DNA from: a virus
Taxonomy: Duplodnaviria; Caudoviricetes
DNA: 50,183 nt
Virus record (IMG/VR): IMGVR_UViG_3300037873_000030
Location: 1-50,183 of that record
Strand: one strand, 5' to 3'
Part shown: positions 45,835 through 50,183 of the stretch, one piece after another
Layout: the number at the start of each line of letters is the position of its first letter
Position numbering within the stretch: position 1 is the first letter of the stretch
The notes under the pieces: model-generated
Seen by the model: the letters and a program-made list of their open reading frames with translations, nothing else
Database searches by the model: none
What the model was told of the DNA's origin: nothing
Translations under genes and position numbers: made by a program

Positions 45835-47194
45835 CAGCCGATTCACCTCCGGTGATCGCCAACGGTTCCCCAGCTGTGATCGTCTGCGAGCCTGGTTCCT
45901 GAAGCTGCACCGAGAACAGGCCGGTATGCGTCAACAAGCTCATGTCTTCGGCCTCGACCGCAGCGACCACGGACCTGGCCTCATATCCGGCGTCGAGCAG
46001 CGTACGGATGGTCGAAGACTTGATCTGCTGGATCTTCGCGCGTTCCTCGGCGTCCTCACGCAGGAACGCGATCCCCACCTCGTCGTACCACAACTCAGAC
46101 CCGCCCGGCGGTGGCACGATCGGAGCCAAGCTGCCCGCCGCGTTACGCCACAACGGTCGGAAGGTTGTGTCCGCCACAGAACGGCGGGCCGCCGCGTAGT
46201 TACCCGCGTTCAGGCTCGAGCCCTGCATACCCTCCGATGAGGGTACAAGCACCGGGTGCAGCCCTGCGTCGGCGATGATCCGCGTTTCACCCTTACCTTG
46301 GGTCGCGGAGAAGTCCAACTGCTTCAGGTCCTTGCCAACCACCGTCGGGGTCGCCCCACCACCCAGGTATAGCGTTTTGTACGCGTTGCGCCAGCCCGCA
46401 TGCTTGTCGTTCATCTTCGCCACGAACGTCTGAAACTGCTCCTCGGTCACCGACGCGTCGAACGACACGACCATCTGCGGTGTCGCGCCATGCTCGAAAA
46501 ACGCCAACTTGTGCATCGTGGCCGCCTGGTCGGCCTGGATCTCCCTGACCGCCGGCGCCAGCCACGACATGCCGCGGAACCGGGCCAGCGGATCGGGCAC
46601 CGGCGCGAAATGCGCAACCTCCTCGGCCAGCAACGCCTCGGCGTCGAGCGTGCCGTCCTGCGGGGCGTAGATGAAGCCGATGATCTCCGCGTCGATCTGC
46701 CACGGCGACTCGACCGGCTGGCCAGACCGGTCGCCCATGACAATGGTGACGAAATCCGGGCGGAGCATCCGCAGCCGGTCCGGATCCTCAACACTGCGGG
46801 CCACGAACGCGTTCCCGCCCAGGTCCGCGTCCAGGATCATCCGGGACAGCAGGTCACCGGTCGTGCCACGCGGCCACGGACTCTTCAGGATCTCCAGATC
46901 CGGCAGAGAGAACAACCGCCCCGGCCGCCCCTTCTCAAACGCCCGGTAGATGAACCGGGCCTCGGAGAAGATCTGCATGCGCTTCAACTCGCAGGCGAAC
47001 ACCATCGAGTTCGCGGCGAACGCCGACTGCGCCAACTGGGCAAACCCAGACGGCGGCGGCTCCTGGTCCGGCATACCCGACGCCGATGCTGCCAGCCCGA
47101 AGTAGGTGTTGCCACCGAACGTGTACGACTCCAGGCCGTCGCTCGGGAACGGCCAAGTGAAACCGCGGCGTGCATGCTGCGCCAGGCTGGTCAC
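45827..47194 (-). CDS. Portal protein
   Basis: VFAC, GNAFV, LRPD, EVAHF...RGMSW, FFEHGATP. Confidence 0.9.
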   Translation of the reverse strand: MTSLAQHARRGFTWPFPSDGLESYTFGGNTYFGLAASASGMPDQEPPPSGFAQLAQSAFAANSMVFACELKRMQIFSEARFIYRAFEKGRPGRLFSLPDLEILKSPWPRGTTGDLLSRMILDADLGGNAFVARSVEDPDRLRMLRPDFVTIVMGDRSGQPVESPWQIDAEIIGFIYAPQDGTLDAEALLAEEVAHFAPVPDPLARFRGMSWLAPAVREIQADQAATMHKLAFFEHGATPQMVVSFDASVTEEQFQTFVAKMNDKHAGWRNAYKTLYLGGGATPTVVGKDLKQLDFSATQGKGETRIIADAGLHPVLVPSSEGMQGSSLNAGNYAAARRSVADTTFRPLWRNAAGSLAPIVPPPGGSELWYDEVGIAFLREDAEERAKIQQIKSSTIRTLLDAGYEARSVVAAVEAEDMSLLTHTGLFSVQLQEPGSQTITAGEPLAITGGESADE

Positions 47195-47448
47195 GTCCGC
47201 GCCTCATCCACGTCGTACAACCACAGGAACGACCCTGCGGCGACCACACCGGCGGCCATCAGCGCCCAACCCAACCCGAACTGCACCGCCACACCCGAGG
47301 CGGCCATCGCCACCCCACCGGCGTAACCGGCGCGCGCCCGGGCAACCCGTGAAATCCGCCGGGCCCGGGTAGCCGCACGCACCGCCACCGCGGATACAAC
47401 CTGCTGCCAGCGGGCAGGCCGGGAGGCGAACGGGACCGCTACTGCCAT
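47191..47448 (-). CDS. Small membrane protein between terminase and portal
   Basis: Two TM segments in the usual position. Confidence 0.65.
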   Translation of the reverse strand: MAVAVPFASRPARWQQVVSAVAVRAATRARRISRVARARAGYAGGVAMAASGVAVQFGLGWALMAAGVVAAGSFLWLYDVDEART

Positions 47449-49067
47449 GCCGCCCACACCTCCCTCACCTGTACCGGGACCTCGTGGAGAATCCACACGC
47501 CCATGCACATGGCCACCGTGAAGTCGATGTGCCCCTTCGACCGGCCCTTGCGCAACGTGAACCCGCCACGCTCCTGCGCCACCGCCACCGCCGCCTTGAC
47601 GTGCGCCGTCTGCTCCGGATCACCATCATGCACAATCCGACCGTCGAGGATCAGCTTGAAAGCCAGCCCACACGCCGGGACCATCCGCTGCGGCGACTGG
47701 TCAAACTCGATCGCCGCAATACCGTGCTCCTCCAACATCCGAGCCGGCACCTCGAAATACCGCGGGTCGTACACCACCCCACGGAAGCCCAACCCAGTTG
47801 CCCGCTGCCGGATGTACACCCACACGTCATCATGCGGAATCCGACCACCATGCTCAGCGGCCCGCCAAATCTTCGACGTCACCGCGATCCGACCATCCGG
47901 CAACATCTCCACCCGGTCCACAGCCACCGAGTCATGCTTGAGCGCCATGTCCACAGCCAGCAGCCACGGGTGCTCGTTCGACGGCTCCCACTTGCCGCGG
48001 CACCGGCCCCACGCCGCAGGATGATCCTTAAGCCAAGAATCCTCGGCCACGTCCACCCAACGGTTCGCGTAATACCGGATCCACTCGTGCGACGGCATGT
48101 CCGGCTTACCCCAGGCGTTCACCCGGTCGGTTGCGGACCACAACACGTCCGCGGCCGCCGATGCGGCGCGAACCGCCAACTCCCGGTCACGCGGCCGGCG
48201 GTAGTCCAACCCGTCCGGCGCCTCACGCCAGTCGAACAGATATCGCGGCGAGACCGACGGAGTACGTTCCACCCGCCGGCCCAGCTTCACCAGATCGCCC
48301 AACAGCGACGTGTCAATGTCGAACCCTGCCGTCGACAACGAGATCTGCCGGCCGCAGCCACGCCGCGTACGCCGCTTGCGGGTCGACTTGCCGATCACCG
48401 TCTTCACCCGGGCCTTCTTACTCCCGGGCTCGCCCCACTCGTGCAGCTCGTCGCACACGAACAGGGTCGGCAGCCCACCCTCGTTCGTGCCGGCCACCGC
48501 CGCGACCCGGAAGATCCGCCCCGGGCGGCCATCCGAGAACGTGATCTCCGTGTCGTAGACCTCGAAAAACCCGCACAGCGGCGCATCCTTGACGGCCTGG
48601 TCCCGGCCGCCGCACATCGTGGCCACCGCACCGAACAGCAGATCCGCCTGCTCGAAGCTGGCCGCGGCGATCGGGATGTTCGGCGAACCCACCGCGATCT
48701 GCGGCGGACCGGCGAACTCGAGCACCACAATCGCAGCGATGAACTGGGTCTTGCCGTCGCCGGTCGCCGCACCCCGCAGCGCCTCGTCGTAGTGCCACTG
48801 GTCGCAGACCGGGCAGAACTCGTACCAGCAGTACAGGAACCGCTTCTGATCCGGGCGCAACTGCATCAGCTTGCCGTACCAGTCGCCCTCACCACAGATG
48901 CAGTTGTCCTCAATCCACCGCACCGCCACCGGACCCTCGGTCGGCCACAGCGCACCAGGCTCGGGCTTCCACCCGCACGCCTGGCAACCCGGGTCAGGCT
49001 TCGGCCTCGATGACCCGCGGGTCCGGGCGCGCCTCGACCTCGACGGGGCGACGGTTGTCATCGCCAC
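47439..49067 (-). CDS. terL: Terminase large subunit
   Basis: ATGDGKT Walker A, FVCDELHEW Walker B, STAG, AVDMA, YDP, HID. Confidence 0.92.
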   Translation of the reverse strand: MAMTTVAPSRSRRARTRGSSRPKPDPGCQACGWKPEPGALWPTEGPVAVRWIEDNCICGEGDWYGKLMQLRPDQKRFLYCWYEFCPVCDQWHYDEALRGAATGDGKTQFIAAIVVLEFAGPPQIAVGSPNIPIAAASFEQADLLFGAVATMCGGRDQAVKDAPLCGFFEVYDTEITFSDGRPGRIFRVAAVAGTNEGGLPTLFVCDELHEWGEPGSKKARVKTVIGKSTRKRRTRRGCGRQISLSTAGFDIDTSLLGDLVKLGRRVERTPSVSPRYLFDWREAPDGLDYRRPRDRELAVRAASAAADVLWSATDRVNAWGKPDMPSHEWIRYYANRWVDVAEDSWLKDHPAAWGRCRGKWEPSNEHPWLLAVDMALKHDSVAVDRVEMLPDGRIAVTSKIWRAAEHGGRIPHDDVWVYIRQRATGLGFRGVVYDPRYFEVPARMLEEHGIAAIEFDQSPQRMVPACGLAFKLILDGRIVHDGDPEQTAHVKAAVAVAQERGGFTLRKGRSKGHIDFTVAMCMGVWILHEVPVQVREVWAAWQ

Positions 49068-49506
49068 CTCCGTAACGGGTGTTCATGTCCGCCAGCGACT
49101 TACGTTGGGTGATGACCGCGATGCCAAGGCTTGACCGGTGCAGCGGGCCGATACCCATCTGCCGCTCGCACCGCTCAGCCGCATCCAACGCCCGGTAGGC
49201 GATCCGGTACAGCGGATTCTCCGCAGGCTGACCAGTCGACCCGCGCACCAACGGCTCCTGGTCGGCCTCGGCGATCGTCCGCAGATACCGGTCGTACTCG
49301 CTGATCCAACGGGTCAACAACCCCCGATCAACCACGGTGATCACCGTCGCCACGGAGTCGTCCCAGTACAGATCCCAGAGCACCCGCGCCTGCTCGCTCA
49401 GCCCGTCCGGCGGGTCGAAGCGGCCCCCCTGCACTGGCACCAGGTCCGCGCGGCGCCCGTTGTAGGGGCGAACCGCCGTGCCAGCAGGCTTCTTGGTCCG
49501 AGGCAT
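48994..49506 (-). CDS. terS: Terminase small subunit (P27-like)
   Basis: GSTGQPAENPL...ERQMGIGPLHRSSLG. Confidence 0.85.
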   Translation of the reverse strand: MPRTKKPAGTAVRPYNGRRADLVPVQGGRFDPPDGLSEQARVLWDLYWDDSVATVITVVDRGLLTRWISEYDRYLRTIAEADQEPLVRGSTGQPAENPLYRIAYRALDAAERCERQMGIGPLHRSSLGIAVITQRKSLADMNTRYGGGDDNRRPVEVEARPDPRVIEAEA

Positions 49507-50147
49507 CAGTCTGAGAACCCCCCCACCGAGGCCGGGTTGACGAATAGCATGCCTACCGACCCTGGATCCATCTCAGCTTGTTCTTGCTGTCGACGCCACG
49601 CAGCCGTTATGCGGCGGTCAGCTTCAAACTCCTCCGGGGACATCCGACCCTTCCGCCGATTGCATGTCATGCAGCACCACGTGGTGTTGGTGCGGTAGTA
49701 GGGCTCTTTCTCTGGGTCTTGTACGTCTAGCGTGATGTCTGCCAGTCCGTGACCCATGGACGCATACAGGTCGTGGCAGTAGCCGCAGCCGTTGCCGTAC
49801 TGGTACTCGGCTTGGTGAGCAACGACCTTCGGGTCCCACCCATACTTGTTGATCAGGTCCTTTTTGGTGACCGGAGCGAGACCACGCGCTGCCCGCTTCT
49901 TGGTGAGGTTCGTCGCGTGCCGCCGGATGGTGTCCCGCGCTTTGACATCCCAGCGGTTCTTCCGCTTCTGGTTGTCACGAGCAGTTTGCTCACACCGCCG
50001 GCAGACACCCTTGAGTAGCTGACCGCGAGCATGTGGGGAGGATGCATCTAACCCACGTCTCCGCTGGAACGCGTACTGAACCAGGTCGGGCTCGTACACC
50101 GTGCCGCAGCGGTTGCAACGTCGGGAAGCCAAACCAGCACCTCCCAA
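49506..50147 (-). CDS. HNH-like endonuclease
   Basis: CxxC pairs, CGYC...ITLD...CCMTCNRRKG. Confidence 0.7.
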   Translation of the reverse strand: MGGAGLASRRCNRCGTVYEPDLVQYAFQRRRGLDASSPHARGQLLKGVCRRCEQTARDNQKRKNRWDVKARDTIRRHATNLTKKRAARGLAPVTKKDLINKYGWDPKVVAHQAEYQYGNGCGYCHDLYASMGHGLADITLDVQDPEKEPYYRTNTTWCCMTCNRRKGRMSPEEFEADRRITAAWRRQQEQAEMDPGSVGMLFVNPASVGGFSD

Positions 50148-50162
50148 AAACGATCTCCGATA

Positions 50163-50183
50163 CCGGTACGGCTCGACGAGAGG
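50163..50183. repeat. Terminal direct repeat (circular assembly overlap), right copy
   Basis: Identical to 1-21. Confidence 0.95.

Larger units (their letters stand above)
1..50183. mobile_element. Complete temperate actinobacteriophage genome (siphovirus-like)
   Basis: Terminase, portal, protease, capsid, tail, tape measure, lysin, integrase, repressor, WhiB and recombination genes in lambdoid order; circular ends. Confidence 0.95.

Overview
A complete, circularly assembled, high-GC temperate actinobacteriophage genome (siphovirus-like, HK97-type head; WhiB gene). The 21 bp at 1-21 are repeated at 50163-50183. Almost all genes are on the minus strand. Reading from the right end: terminase, portal, protease and capsid (49506-43247); head-tail and tail genes (37091-24139); lysis genes (24125-21658); a mixed-strand accessory region (17394-21654); an immunity switch with repressor, Cro and a short tyrosine integrase (15826-17422); and an early arm with many small ORFs, recombination, replication and HNH genes (15829-93). 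The most unusual feature is a large glycan-synthesis cluster directly behind the major capsid gene: glycosyltransferase, LicD, NDP-sugar 4,6-dehydratase, RGP/UDP-arabinopyranose-mutase-like protein, TylF O-methyltransferase, a second SAM methyltransferase and a DUF3431-like protein. A second glycosyltransferase lies immediately before the major tail gene. Candidate acceptors nearby are a Ser-Pro13 small protein and a Thr-rich repeat protein. Also notable: a VUT transporter plus DpdA-like cassette flanked by exact 17-bp direct repeats, a minor tail gene split by an M14 carboxypeptidase insertion, and a candidate attP inside the repressor gene. All family calls come from motif recognition by eye; no database search was run.
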